IMG/VR virus record: IMGVR_UViG_3300001525_000313 | Coordinates: 38,923-102,922 of that record | DNA length: 64,000 bases | Strand: one strand, 5' to 3' | Origin: a virus | Taxonomy: Duplodnaviria; Caudoviricetes | Shown here: positions 1 through 10,185 of the stretch, piece after piece | Layout of the letters: every line of letters begins with the position of its first letter | Numbering within the stretch: the stretch's first letter is position 1 | Notes under the pieces: model-generated | Database searches by the model: none | What the model was told of the DNA's origin: nothing | Seen by the model: the letters and a program-made list of their open reading frames with translations, nothing else | Made by a program: the position numbers and the translations under genes

Positions 1-1834
1 ACGTAAATGTAACTTCTGATACTGGTGGCTTATTATCTTTAACAATTCCATTTACATATTCTTTATGCTGTAGGTTATTATGATTTTCAACTAATTCACC
101 TTCAAGCTGAATTCTATTCTCGTTTTGTTTCAAATAAAACTGATTATATAATGAATTTTGCTGATTTTTATTATCAGTTGGTTCAAGCTCTGGTGATCGA
201 TCACGTTGCAACATGTCAACAAATGGTGCTTTTTCATTCCAAAACGGTTTATACTGTTTAAAATGATTTAAGAATAATCTATTATATAATTCGCGTTTTA
301 ATAAAACATCATGTCTATATGGTGCAAAGTATTTTATATGTTTAATATCATTTGGATCATCAACTGAATCATTTGTATGATAAAGCTCATCTTGTGTATA
401 AGTATCACTAAATCTAGTAAGCTCATCGTCATTAAACATTGGACGTTTAATTAATTCAACATAGCTAGAGAGTTTATTGATAATATTATCAACAGATGTT
501 TCATCAATATATGATTTTAATGCAATCTCAATTGGATTATCATCAGTGGAATTTTCTAAATTTGAAAGCTTATCAGCTATAACTTTTTCTGAAAATCCAG
601 TAAGCTCAGATGCTTTTACTATAAAGTTATCTTTATCGGTTGGAATATCCTTTATAATAATTTGATACTCGTCATATGTGCCTACTATACCAATACCAGT
701 AGCTTTTCTATTAGGTGGTGTAAATACATAGCGAGTGTGCATATTGCATTTACTTGGAAAAACTGATTTAGTGCTTGCAAGCTCTGAACATTTATCATCA
801 AGCACATAATCAACAGAATATTCTGGTTCTTCTACATAGCGTTCGCCATATTTATCATAGGCATAATATAAACCAAATTCTCGTACCGGCCACCTATTCT
901 TTTTTGTATAATGAGAATGACGCATATCATTCATATAATGATAATCAAACCAATATGGTGTATGCCATGGTGTATTTGAACCTAATGCCCAGTCATAATA
1001 TGTAGATGCTGGAACAAAGCTACTATCTAAATTGAAATATTCTCTATCGCTATCATTAGCCGATGCATCAAATGTTGATTCACAATTATCTTTATCATTA
1101 CCATACTTAATAGCAGTATCTGTAATTTTACAATATTGATTATTTTCAGAATTCTCAGGGCAGTAATATACATTTTCATAGCTTTCACCAAGATTACTTA
1201 ATGAAATCCAATGATGATCACAGTCTTTCTCATATACAATTCTATCATAATCAAGCATATGTACTTGATAAAAATAATTTGACTCATCTGGATATGTTGG
1301 ACGTGGCCATGGTATGTATAAGTAAGTATAACCAGCTGGCAAACTTTGATTCATGATAATATCATTCATTAAAGCTGTTTTAGCTGAACTTAGAATCTTA
1401 CCATCGGTAGATCTATGTGTATTACCACTTATATAGAAATAGCCATCTAATTCAGAACCCTGCTCATAGTGTCTTTTTATTTGTATGTATCTGTAATTGT
1501 ATGCTGATTTGTATTTAAATTCGTTTGACCATAAACCTTCAAACTGACCACCTGATTTTGCAATTGATTTTAAAGTGTTTAATCGTGTACGGTGATGATT
1601 AATAGCAGCATATATTCTGTAAAATCTACCATTTGGTAACCACTCATTAGACATATTCTCAGTCTTGATGTCCCAAAGAACAAGTTTTTCTCTAATATTA
1701 TCTGCAGTTAATTCATCTATATCCAGACTTTGTATTAGCTCATAAGCATGATCTATAACTGATAATCGTAACTCTTCTACAGCATCTTCCACGTCTGGCA
1801 TATATTCAATTATATAATCTGGTAATAATTTCAT
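1..1834 (-). CDS. Baseplate wedge protein (gp7/P2 gpI-like), partial, runs off the left edge
   Basis: Absent from the ORF track. Read manually from the ATG at 1834: MKLLPDYIIEYMPDVEDAVEELRLSVIDHAYELIQSLDIDELTADNIREKL...RIYAAINHHRTRLNTLKSI. Lies directly downstream of the gp6-like gene. Only the 5' part was translated by hand. Confidence 0.6.
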   Translation of the reverse strand, partial: MKLLPDYIIEYMPDVEDAVEELRLSVIDHAYELIQSLDIDELTADNIREKLVLWDIKTENMSNEWLPNGRFYRIYAAINHHRTRLNTLKSIAKSGGQFEGLWSNEFKYKSAYNYRYIQIKRHYEQGSELDGYFYISGNTHRSTDGKILSSAKTALMNDIIMNQSLPAGYTYLYIPWPRPTYPDESNYFYQVHMLDYDRIVYEKDCDHHWISLSNLGESYENVYYCPENSENNQYCKITDTAIKYGNDKDNCESTFDASANDSDREYFNLDSSFVPASTYYDWALGSNTPWHTPYWFDYHYMNDMRHSHYTKKNRWPVREFGLYYAYDKYGERYVEEPEYSVDYVLDDKCSELASTKSVFPSKCNMHTRYVFTPPNRKATGIGIVGTYDEYQIIIKDIPTDKDNFIVKASELTGFSEKVIADKLSNLENSTDDNPIEIALKSYIDETSVDNIINKLSSYVELIKRPMFNDDELTRFSDTYTQDELYHTNDSVDDPNDIKHIKYFAPYRHDVLLKRELYNRLFLNHFKQYKPFWNEKAPFVDMLQRDRSPELEPTDNKNQQNSLYNQFYLKQNENRIQLEGELVENHNNLQHKEYVNGIVKDNKPPVSEVTFT

Positions 1835-1904
1835 AATTAATCTCACTATAATTTATAGATGCTATATAGAATAAATTGGCTCATTACAATTTGATATATA
1901 AAAC

Positions 1905-1941
1905 AATATCCCGATAATCATATAAATGATGTCGGGATATT
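1905..1941 (-). terminator. Inverted repeat / intrinsic terminator after the gp6-like gene
   Basis: AATATCCCGA (1905-1914) ... TCGGGATATT (1932-1941), followed by a T-rich tract on the minus strand. Confidence 0.6.
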
Positions 1942-1948
1942 ATTTATG

Positions 1949-4618
1949 CTATTTTGATATTGCCTTGACTAGTACAACAACATTGTTTAAAACTGGAATC
2001 ATAAAATGATGCTTAATGTAATATGGCTTTATATAACATCTTGGTGTCATAATCGTATCTGTTACATTTGAAAGTGTTATTACTATACGTTTAGTGTCTG
2101 TAGGTGCTTCATATTCATATAAAATATCATTAGCAGTATCATCGTTATTATATAAAAATTTATATTTATATAAATTTTTATCTAGTGCATCATCTTTAAA
2201 TTGACCGGTTAACTCATCATATGAATCTGGATTTATATAACCGGTTAATGTACCATAGTTTTCATTCTTACTATAATCAGTTTTAAATTCATCAGATTCA
2301 TCTTCTCTTGTCTGTACTTCATAAGAATATGTACAGCATAATCTATATCCACGTTTTAATTTAATTCGTGTATCTTCAGTGGTCTCTAGCTTTATTGTAA
2401 TTAAATCATTTTCATAAATTTTACTACCTGCTACTATTACAGGTATTTGTTCTATATCTGTTGATGTTATATGTACTGTTCTCCATGCAATAGAACTTTT
2501 TGCAACAAAACCTGACTCAATTTGTCCATTATATACATAATAGCAATAATGATAATTATATTTATTAGCTGGATCAAGTTCAGAATTATTTTCATCTTCT
2601 GAATTATTTTCATCTTCAGAAGAGTCTTCATTGATATAGTTGAAGCTAATTTTAAATAAGTTTTCATCTTTTAAATCGAATTCTTTTCTATCTAGTTCGC
2701 CATAATTATCCTGATATTTAACTAATATATCATAATCAAGAATCTCTTGCTCAATTGATGAATCAGGATTATCATTATTATAGCTTATTAAATGATATAT
2801 TTTTGGATAGTTGTAATTTTCTGATTTTGATTCATTCTTATATTTTTCATCATAGTCATATCTTGGATATTTATTGTAATAATAAACTGTCCCATCAGTA
2901 TCAGTAAATTCACCACGCAATGGATATACCGTATCAGTATATTTATTTCCATCACTGTCAACATGATCAACCATATATGAATAGTTTAAACTATTGTCAC
3001 CGTCCTCTAATGCAGCATATAGGTGATCAATCTCATCATTTGTAAGCGTTGCAGTATTAGCGAGTGTTGTATCAATTGTGCCAAAGGTTGTATCACGTAC
3101 TAAACAGCTTTCCATGCGAATTACATGATCTGAAGCTTTATGTACTAAATAATTTATTACAGAAATTTCAGGTTTTCGTTCACCAATTGTTGAACCGTAA
3201 TAATTAATTAATTCTGATTGTATTTTTGTTGCAACCTCAGATGCTGAAACACCAAGTAAATAGCAATCAGCTTTAACAACAATTGTATATGGATCTTTTC
3301 CATAAGGAACCATTACAATACAATCTGATCTTGATGAACGTTCTTTTAAATCTTCCCACATCTGTTTTCTTGCTGAGAAATTATCATCTGTAGAAATGTA
3401 AATTACTCTTGGCAATAGCTGTGTGCCATAAGGCAATATATCTTTATAGTTATCACCATGATCAAATACAGTACAATAAGATGAATAAGCTGATTTAATA
3501 TATGTTGAATAATTATCCTTTGTTAACAAAGCTGAATAATCATGCAAATACTTTTTGTATTGCTCACGAGTTACAACTGGATCTTCATAATCTCTGTAAC
3601 CCTTAATACCATTTCCTAAATCAACTTTATATGAAGTTTTAATATCGAGATCATCTGCTGCAACAGCTTTTGTAATATAATTTGACAAATCAACAGCTTC
3701 AGTATTTTCATCAGTCGGTTCTATAACATTATTCATAACCTGAATATATTCAAATGTAAATGTATCTGCTTGGTTAAATAAAATGCTATAGTCTGTTGTG
3801 AATTCAATATTTAATACAAGTGAATTACCAATAAATTTTGGTGTTAATGAATATGAGTGTTCGCTATAACCAGTACTAATTACATCTACAACATATTGTA
3901 ATTCTTCATCAGTATATTCATTTGCTCTATGACATATAAGTCTAAATAGTCTGCGATCAATCATTGCATCAGGTAATGTTACTGTTGAATCCTGATTAAT
4001 GTCTTTATATGAAAATTGAAAATCAGCTTTTTTACCTAATACTACTGGTAAATGTACTGATCTATTATAAATAGTACTAGCATACCTAGAATAGATGTCT
4101 CTATTATTTTTTAAATCATGATCATAAGGTTCTTGATCATTAAAATTTGACTCATTTACATAATTACGAATAGTTTCAATATATTCATTATCTAGTGGTT
4201 CTTGTAATATTGAATTAATGCTTTTTGTAGCATATAAAACATCACCAGTAGATTTTACTTTAATTTCATCAAATTTATTTATCTGTAATTGTACTTTTCC
4301 ACCAGTTTCAAAGTCTTCATTTGCTGTAATAGTTAAAGTGCCAAATGATGAATTTGGTAACATAAGGTTGTAACCTTCACGTAGAGCATAAGAATATATT
4401 GATGATGCTCGCTGTGCAGTTGAAATGTCACATTCACGTCTTATTTCATCAATTGTATAATGAAGCTGATCACCAATTCGTGCTAATGTTTCAGCATATA
4501 TAACAACCGGGTCTGCTAAATTTGTATAATCCCAATCTTGTGGCAATCGTGTTCTTAAAAATTGTATAATTTCTTCACGTAAAGTTGAATAGTCTCTACC
4601 TAAAAATCTAGAAGCCAT
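1949..4618 (-). CDS. Baseplate wedge protein (T4 gp6 / baseplate J-like) with a long C-terminal insertion
   Basis: N-terminus RDYSTLREEIIQFLRTRLPQDWDYTNLADPVVIYAE...DQLHYTID...STAQRASSIYSYALREGY is typical of gp6/gpJ; follows gp25. Confidence 0.85.
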   Translation of the reverse strand: MASRFLGRDYSTLREEIIQFLRTRLPQDWDYTNLADPVVIYAETLARIGDQLHYTIDEIRRECDISTAQRASSIYSYALREGYNLMLPNSSFGTLTITANEDFETGGKVQLQINKFDEIKVKSTGDVLYATKSINSILQEPLDNEYIETIRNYVNESNFNDQEPYDHDLKNNRDIYSRYASTIYNRSVHLPVVLGKKADFQFSYKDINQDSTVTLPDAMIDRRLFRLICHRANEYTDEELQYVVDVISTGYSEHSYSLTPKFIGNSLVLNIEFTTDYSILFNQADTFTFEYIQVMNNVIEPTDENTEAVDLSNYITKAVAADDLDIKTSYKVDLGNGIKGYRDYEDPVVTREQYKKYLHDYSALLTKDNYSTYIKSAYSSYCTVFDHGDNYKDILPYGTQLLPRVIYISTDDNFSARKQMWEDLKERSSRSDCIVMVPYGKDPYTIVVKADCYLLGVSASEVATKIQSELINYYGSTIGERKPEISVINYLVHKASDHVIRMESCLVRDTTFGTIDTTLANTATLTNDEIDHLYAALEDGDNSLNYSYMVDHVDSDGNKYTDTVYPLRGEFTDTDGTVYYYNKYPRYDYDEKYKNESKSENYNYPKIYHLISYNNDNPDSSIEQEILDYDILVKYQDNYGELDRKEFDLKDENLFKISFNYINEDSSEDENNSEDENNSELDPANKYNYHYCYYVYNGQIESGFVAKSSIAWRTVHITSTDIEQIPVIVAGSKIYENDLITIKLETTEDTRIKLKRGYRLCCTYSYEVQTREDESDEFKTDYSKNENYGTLTGYINPDSYDELTGQFKDDALDKNLYKYKFLYNNDDTANDILYEYEAPTDTKRIVITLSNVTDTIMTPRCYIKPYYIKHHFMIPVLNNVVVLVKAISK

Positions 4619-4726
4619 TTAATAACCTCACTATTTATTTATATACTTAATAGGCCTACACTGTATAGCTATATAATGAATGGATAGTTAACGAACATAT
4701 TTCTCATTTATATAAGAATAAAAAAT

Positions 4727-4763
4727 AAACCCAATACAATAATATACATTACGTATTGGGTTT
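4727..4763 (-). terminator. Inverted repeat / terminator after the gp25-like gene
   Basis: AAACCCAATAC ... GTATTGGGTTT, followed by ATTTTTTATT on the minus strand. Confidence 0.6.
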
Positions 4764-4783
4764 TATAAATTTTAATAGCTAAA

Positions 4784-5134
4784 TTAAGATGCAATACCAT
4801 CTGAAATTTTTAAATTCAATGAAACTTTTTCAGATTGTCTATTAAGTACTATATTAAAATATAATTGATTATTTGTTACATAATATGAAATATTCGACAA
4901 TGTAACACCGCCAAGTAATGCTATAGCATTCTTAATTTCCTGACCAATCATATTTATTGTAAAATAATTTAATATGCTAAATCGGAACTTGTTTAAGTTA
5001 CTTCCATATGTCGGATAATAAAATCTAGATCCAAATGGCGTATTTAATATTGAAATCAATTGTGCACGAATTGATTCTATATCATTTGCATAAACAAAAT
5101 TTTTATCATTATAATTTCCGATAAAAGTTTTCAT
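4784..5134 (-). CDS. Baseplate protein, gp25/GPW family
   Basis: ESIRAQLISILNTPFGSRFYYPTYGSNL matches the gp25 I..IL.T..GER...P.FG motif. Confidence 0.9.
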   Translation of the reverse strand: MKTFIGNYNDKNFVYANDIESIRAQLISILNTPFGSRFYYPTYGSNLNKFRFSILNYFTINMIGQEIKNAIALLGGVTLSNISYYVTNNQLYFNIVLNRQSEKVSLNLKISDGIAS

Positions 5135-5781
5135 CTTAAAATATCCACTACATATAAATTTTGTACATCATTACCAGTTGCTATACAAAGTGCCAAATCA
5201 CCTGCTTTTATAAATAATTCCTCTTCATCAACTTCATCACCTTCAGAAGCGCCTTCTGACTTTACACACCAAGGAAGTTGTGCAGCTTTTTGTGATGTTA
5301 ACTCAATATCGAGATTCTCACCTTCGGTAGCCATATCAATTTCAGCACCCATAGCTTGTTCTATTTTTGCCATTCCTGATGCAGCTGATATTGTAAATGG
5401 CGTTGTTGAAGTTCCTGGTAGTGCTGGTATTGTTACAGTTGTTCCCATTAAAGGTGGGCCGCCTGCCAATGTTACATTACTAAGCTGTGCATTTGGCATT
5501 GAAATTTTACCTTTTAATTTAGCACTACCTTTAAATGTAATTTTTGGTGGATTTTTCCATGCTATATAAGCAGCTCTAAGTGTCCATGATGCTTTTGCTT
5601 TAAGTTGAGTTGAGCCTTCTTTACCATGCTCTGGTCCATCTTCGGTACCTGCAACATCGTAAACATCAACCCATAAATTGCCATCTTCAGCAAAGCTACT
5701 ACCAACGTCTTCACATATACGTCCAATATATACTGATAATGAATTGCGTGGTATTGTAAATTTATCTGATAAATTAGCCAT
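5131..5781 (-). CDS. Putative baseplate central spike / gpV-like protein
   Basis: Lies between the hub and gp25 genes; OB-fold-like N-terminus (VYIGRICED...NLWVDVYD) and C-terminus (KAGDLALCIATGND). The ATG at 5781 follows GGAG and is preferred over the track start at 5796. Confidence 0.45.
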   Translation of the reverse strand: MANLSDKFTIPRNSLSVYIGRICEDVGSSFAEDGNLWVDVYDVAGTEDGPEHGKEGSTQLKAKASWTLRAAYIAWKNPPKITFKGSAKLKGKISMPNAQLSNVTLAGGPPLMGTTVTIPALPGTSTTPFTISAASGMAKIEQAMGAEIDMATEGENLDIELTSQKAAQLPWCVKSEGASEGDEVDEEELFIKAGDLALCIATGNDVQNLYVVDILR

Positions 5782-5813
5782 TAATACAAGCTCCAAATAT
5801 TAAATATTATTTA

Positions 5814-8246
5814 TTATGTACAATATCCGATAATATCAGCACATCGCCTACAGAATGCTTTTTGTCGCATATAGCGTTCTTTATCATTATAATAAATTTG
5901 ATATTGCTGTTGTACATTTTTACCGGCGGATGAATATATCAAACCGGTGACTGAATTTCCAGCACGTGCAATTCTAACAGCATCTTGTATACCAATTTTA
6001 TGTGAAGCTGTAGATTGTTTCTTTTTAAGAGTACTTATAGTTGGTGTCCAAAACTTCTGTACCCATAATCTAAAAAGATATTTATTATAAATATAATCGC
6101 CACTATCTGTTCTATAATAAACTACTTTTTTAGCCCAAGCTACCCAAGCGCTATCTTGTTTTAACCCTTTATCAAACAATCTTATTGATGGGTGCTTTTT
6201 AGAAAATACTGGCGCTACTCTATCGATTCCATTAAACTTAATCGGTTTCCAACCAGTTATGCTATTATCTGTAACAAGTAATGATTTAAAATGATCTTTT
6301 TGTGCTTGTGTTGCAACGTCTGATTTATCAAATCCAATTGTTGTATAAATATCATCTAAATTTCCACTGTCCCAATGTGCAATTCCTAAACCACCTTTTG
6401 TATGATCAAATGGCGCCTTGCCTGTATTACTTGCACAAAATGGTTTTTTCTTTTTATAATCTGGATTTAAATTAACGGCATCTAAAGACCAATTTGCTGG
6501 TGCACCTGATACGCCATAGTTTGCAACAGCAAGTAAAAGTGTTAGTAAACCATAATCACCAGATGCAATTAAATTTTGTACAAAGCTATATGATATATAT
6601 CTATTTGCCCCATTAGCTGAACCATAACTTTTAAGAAATTCATTAACATGCATATCAAACTCGCCATTATTTAATAATATCTCTGTTCGATCTAATGATA
6701 ATGATGTAACTTTTTTATCCTCAGAACATAAATATTTTTTATAATCAGTTGGATTGCTATTTGAACTATTATCTGAGCTTTGTTGTGAAGATGAACTAGA
6801 ATCTGATGAACTTTGATTTTCGCTTGGTATTGACATAGATGGATCATATGACATATTTACAAATGCTGAATCATCATTTGCAGAATTAGAATAATCTTTC
6901 AACGAACTTAAAAGGTTTTCATTATATATATCATCCATAGTTACGGTAGCCTCATTGATATTAAATACATTAGTACATTCAATGCTTGCTTTTACAACTG
7001 CGCCCGAAAAATCATATTCAACTGAACGTATTACTGCATTAACACACAATGTTGGAATCGGTAAACCTGATTCATCATAACATTCTAATGCAATTGTTTG
7101 TTCTATATTATTTATAGAAAAACACATGGTATTATAGCATTCAATCTTTATTATAACTGGATCATTTTGTGGTTGATCAGCTGTGCTTTGATTTGATGAT
7201 TCTACTTGACTAATATTGCCAGTTTGCATTGAATAGCTATTATTATATAATGTATAATGACCATTTAAGCTACCACGAACATTACCCATTAATGAAAGAT
7301 TTGTATTTGTATATTCTGTTGAAAAACTGGTTAATGGTATAACTAATTTGCCATCTTCCCGATTACGATATGGTAACCATTTTCCATTTTGTACAAATAC
7401 AAGATCAGATGTTTCAGTTTCGGGTGTTCGAGGTGCTGTTGATTTTTTTGGATTTGCATTATAAATTATAAATTTACCATTTTCTACATAATACCCAAGT
7501 GGGTCGCCTGATTTTGTTGTTGCATGCTGAGTAAGTATTGCATAAGCACTAACAAGATAATTACCACCAATAGAGTCTAGTTTATCAGGTTCATAATAAA
7601 AATTACCATTAATTTTTAATTTACTATCTAAGTCGAAATATTCTTTACCTTCATCAACAAATACAATTGGATATGACTGTCCGGAATCGCTTTGTACTGT
7701 AGTAATAAAGCCATTAGGTGTTTGATATGTACCTGGCCTTATTTGTTCAGGTGGTGTCCAATTAGGTGCTATCACGCTCCAATTAATAGTAATAGTAGCC
7801 ATAGTACCAGAATAAGACATATTCCAGCTAAGTATATTTCCTTGAAATTCAATAGTCCCTGTATAGCATGAGATCTTAATAAGTATTGGTGGTGTTATTG
7901 AAGCATTACTATCATTATTTATTACACCATCTAGCTCACCAGATAATAAATTAAATAAAGTATGCCTATAATCAGCAACAACAATAGTACCACTAGTACT
8001 AGATTGATCAGCATTAGCAGTTGCAGCCTGCGCATTAGTACTCGTACCAGCATTAGCATTAGCTGCTTGATCACCACCACCGATTGATGGTCCTTTTATA
8101 CTAATAGACTGCAATTGTACATTATCTATTTTTCTACCTGGAAAATTTGCTTTTTTGTTTATATTTGAGATAGTATAATTGCCTAAACTTGTCGCTAATT
8201 TCACTTCAACAACATTATAATCTTTATATTCAGGATATAGCTGCAT
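5814..8246 (-). CDS. Baseplate hub-like protein with a Ser-rich linker and a putative C-terminal cell-wall hydrolase-like domain
   Basis: Follows the LysM/gp53-like gene; beta-rich N-terminal ~430 aa (FQGNILSW..., IRSVEYDFSG); SSSDSSSSSQQSS linker; GGLGIAHWDSG resembles the lysozyme-like G-x-G-L-x-Q-W motif. Confidence 0.55.
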   Translation of the reverse strand: MQLYPEYKDYNVVEVKLATSLGNYTISNINKKANFPGRKIDNVQLQSISIKGPSIGGGDQAANANAGTSTNAQAATANADQSSTSGTIVVADYRHTLFNLLSGELDGVINNDSNASITPPILIKISCYTGTIEFQGNILSWNMSYSGTMATITINWSVIAPNWTPPEQIRPGTYQTPNGFITTVQSDSGQSYPIVFVDEGKEYFDLDSKLKINGNFYYEPDKLDSIGGNYLVSAYAILTQHATTKSGDPLGYYVENGKFIIYNANPKKSTAPRTPETETSDLVFVQNGKWLPYRNREDGKLVIPLTSFSTEYTNTNLSLMGNVRGSLNGHYTLYNNSYSMQTGNISQVESSNQSTADQPQNDPVIIKIECYNTMCFSINNIEQTIALECYDESGLPIPTLCVNAVIRSVEYDFSGAVVKASIECTNVFNINEATVTMDDIYNENLLSSLKDYSNSANDDSAFVNMSYDPSMSIPSENQSSSDSSSSSQQSSDNSSNSNPTDYKKYLCSEDKKVTSLSLDRTEILLNNGEFDMHVNEFLKSYGSANGANRYISYSFVQNLIASGDYGLLTLLLAVANYGVSGAPANWSLDAVNLNPDYKKKKPFCASNTGKAPFDHTKGGLGIAHWDSGNLDDIYTTIGFDKSDVATQAQKDHFKSLLVTDNSITGWKPIKFNGIDRVAPVFSKKHPSIRLFDKGLKQDSAWVAWAKKVVYYRTDSGDYIYNKYLFRLWVQKFWTPTISTLKKKQSTASHKIGIQDAVRIARAGNSVTGLIYSSAGKNVQQQYQIYYNDKERYMRQKAFCRRCADIIGYCT

Positions 8247-8257
8247 ATAGATACCAT

Positions 8258-8512
8258 TTAAAGTCTAGGAATCTTTAATTTATCTCCAACTGAAATATCA
8301 GTTGGATTAATTATACTATTAAATCTCGCAATTAACCACCAATTAACTGGTGTACCATATACTCTATAAGATACTAAATCTAATCGATGATCTTCATTTG
8401 CTAAAACTGTAATAGTATCATATTGATAATTATTAGTCGTAAAGTTATTCTGTGGTATATTATTTTCATTATCTGAATTATAGTATCTTGAATTTTGATT
8501 ATACTTTAACAT
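8258..8512 (-). CDS. LysM-like baseplate protein (gp53 / P2 gpX-like)
   Basis: RLDLVSYRVYGTPVNWWLIARFNSIINPTDISVGDKLKIP. Confidence 0.88.
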   Translation of the reverse strand: MLKYNQNSRYYNSDNENNIPQNNFTTNNYQYDTITVLANEDHRLDLVSYRVYGTPVNWWLIARFNSIINPTDISVGDKLKIPRL

Positions 8513-8513
8513 A

Positions 8514-10151
8514 CTATTCGCCCTCTACTGAAGATGTATCGGATTCAGGCTCAGATTCAGATGCAGACCACGATTTCTCTTCTTCTGTTAAATAATCTAC
8601 TTCAGTCCATAATGCTTGTTCAACATCATCTTCTGTTGTTGCTTCTTGTTTTTGTTCTGATGATTTTTTACGATTTTCTTCTGCTTGTTTACGATCATCT
8701 TCCCATCTAGCAAAGTCTTCATCTGAATCATAAGACAAGTTTTTATTATCGGCTACAATTGCCCATTTAGCTTTACTATCTGTTGTTGCCATTAATTTAA
8801 TATCTTTTACAATTAATAAAGTAAATGTAATTTCTAATTGTGTATAATAATAATTAGTTGCATACTGATGATCACAATAAGCGCCGCTACCAAATCCATT
8901 TTCCCAAGTTTGATCATAAACACCAGGTCGTGTATCAGATTTAGTAAGATCACCAGTCATGTCACCATTATATGTAATCTGTACAGATGTCATATAACCA
9001 ATTTCAGATATACCAGGCAATATTACTTTTACTAATTTTGGCGAAATAGAATTTCCGAACTCCCATGGACGCGTAAAATTCTCAGCTATATCAGCTATTG
9101 CCTGTAATGATAATGAAGTACCACTGCTAGTAGTAGGACCTTCAACACCAGTACTAAATGTTTTAACTTCATCATTATGCCATTTTAAAACAAATGATAA
9201 AGATATTGCATTCGCATTTGAATATAGCTGAAATGGCTGTTGTGTACCACGTGTAGGTACTGATTCATAACTAGCCTCTGCACTATATGATATACTTTCA
9301 GGCTGTTGATAACATAACAGCTGACTAATAGAATTACCATAGTCTGGATCATTACCAGGCATATCATATATCATTGCTTGTATATCATTGTATGCTGAAA
9401 TTTTACTTTTATTATCTTTATTTACTTCTATATTTGAGTTTGAAACTTGTCCAGGTACATGATAATAGAAGTTACCATTTCTAATTTCTGCTAACTTACT
9501 TTTATCAATTTCTTTTTCGTTCTCTTCATTTATATTTGAAGCTTCATCTACAAAATTATATATTCTGTATTTACCATCATCTTTTTTAATTTGCTTATCT
9601 GTAACAGAATATACTACAGGATCACCATATTTTTCAGTTGTACTATCATCCCACATTTTTAACTTTTCATATAGTGGCATGAAATCTAATACAACTGGTT
9701 CTGGGTTAAAATCTTTACATGCTATAATATATACAGATCCAGCGGATGTAAATATAAAATATTCATCAGTAAAATTTACTAATTGAATCCAGCCATTAGC
9801 TGATGCAGATTTTTTATCAATTTCACCTGCAAAATTTTTATATGTTTTACCGCCTTTAAATTTACCGTACTGATACAATGTTGCATCATTAGAATATTCA
9901 AGCTGAACTGATTTTGCTTCCGGCAGTGCCAATGCTTCATCGTATAGCTCTTTTGTAAATTCTAATGGCTGTACAGCATCAACATTATCAGATGAATCTT
10001 GGTTATCATTATTATTTTCTGAATTAGCATTTTTATTATATTTTGCTTTTTTAACTAGTTTGTCAAAAAAGTATACAGTTGTATCTTTGACACCTAAGCA
10101 TAATCTATAGCTAAATTGTCTTAATTCAGTATTACCAATTGTATCAGCCAT
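8514..10151 (-). CDS. Tail-tube initiator / baseplate tube-like protein with an additional N-terminal region
   Basis: QPESISYSAEASYESVPTRGTQQPFQLYSNANAISLSFVLKW and GYMTSVQITY resemble the tube-initiator domain that typically sits between the tape measure and LysM genes. Confidence 0.65.
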   Translation of the reverse strand: MADTIGNTELRQFSYRLCLGVKDTTVYFFDKLVKKAKYNKNANSENNNDNQDSSDNVDAVQPLEFTKELYDEALALPEAKSVQLEYSNDATLYQYGKFKGGKTYKNFAGEIDKKSASANGWIQLVNFTDEYFIFTSAGSVYIIACKDFNPEPVVLDFMPLYEKLKMWDDSTTEKYGDPVVYSVTDKQIKKDDGKYRIYNFVDEASNINEENEKEIDKSKLAEIRNGNFYYHVPGQVSNSNIEVNKDNKSKISAYNDIQAMIYDMPGNDPDYGNSISQLLCYQQPESISYSAEASYESVPTRGTQQPFQLYSNANAISLSFVLKWHNDEVKTFSTGVEGPTTSSGTSLSLQAIADIAENFTRPWEFGNSISPKLVKVILPGISEIGYMTSVQITYNGDMTGDLTKSDTRPGVYDQTWENGFGSGAYCDHQYATNYYYTQLEITFTLLIVKDIKLMATTDSKAKWAIVADNKNLSYDSDEDFARWEDDRKQAEENRKKSSEQKQEATTEDDVEQALWTEVDYLTEEEKSWSASESEPESDTSSVEGE

Positions 10152-10185
10152 AAGAATTTCCTAATATATTATAAATAGTTATTAA

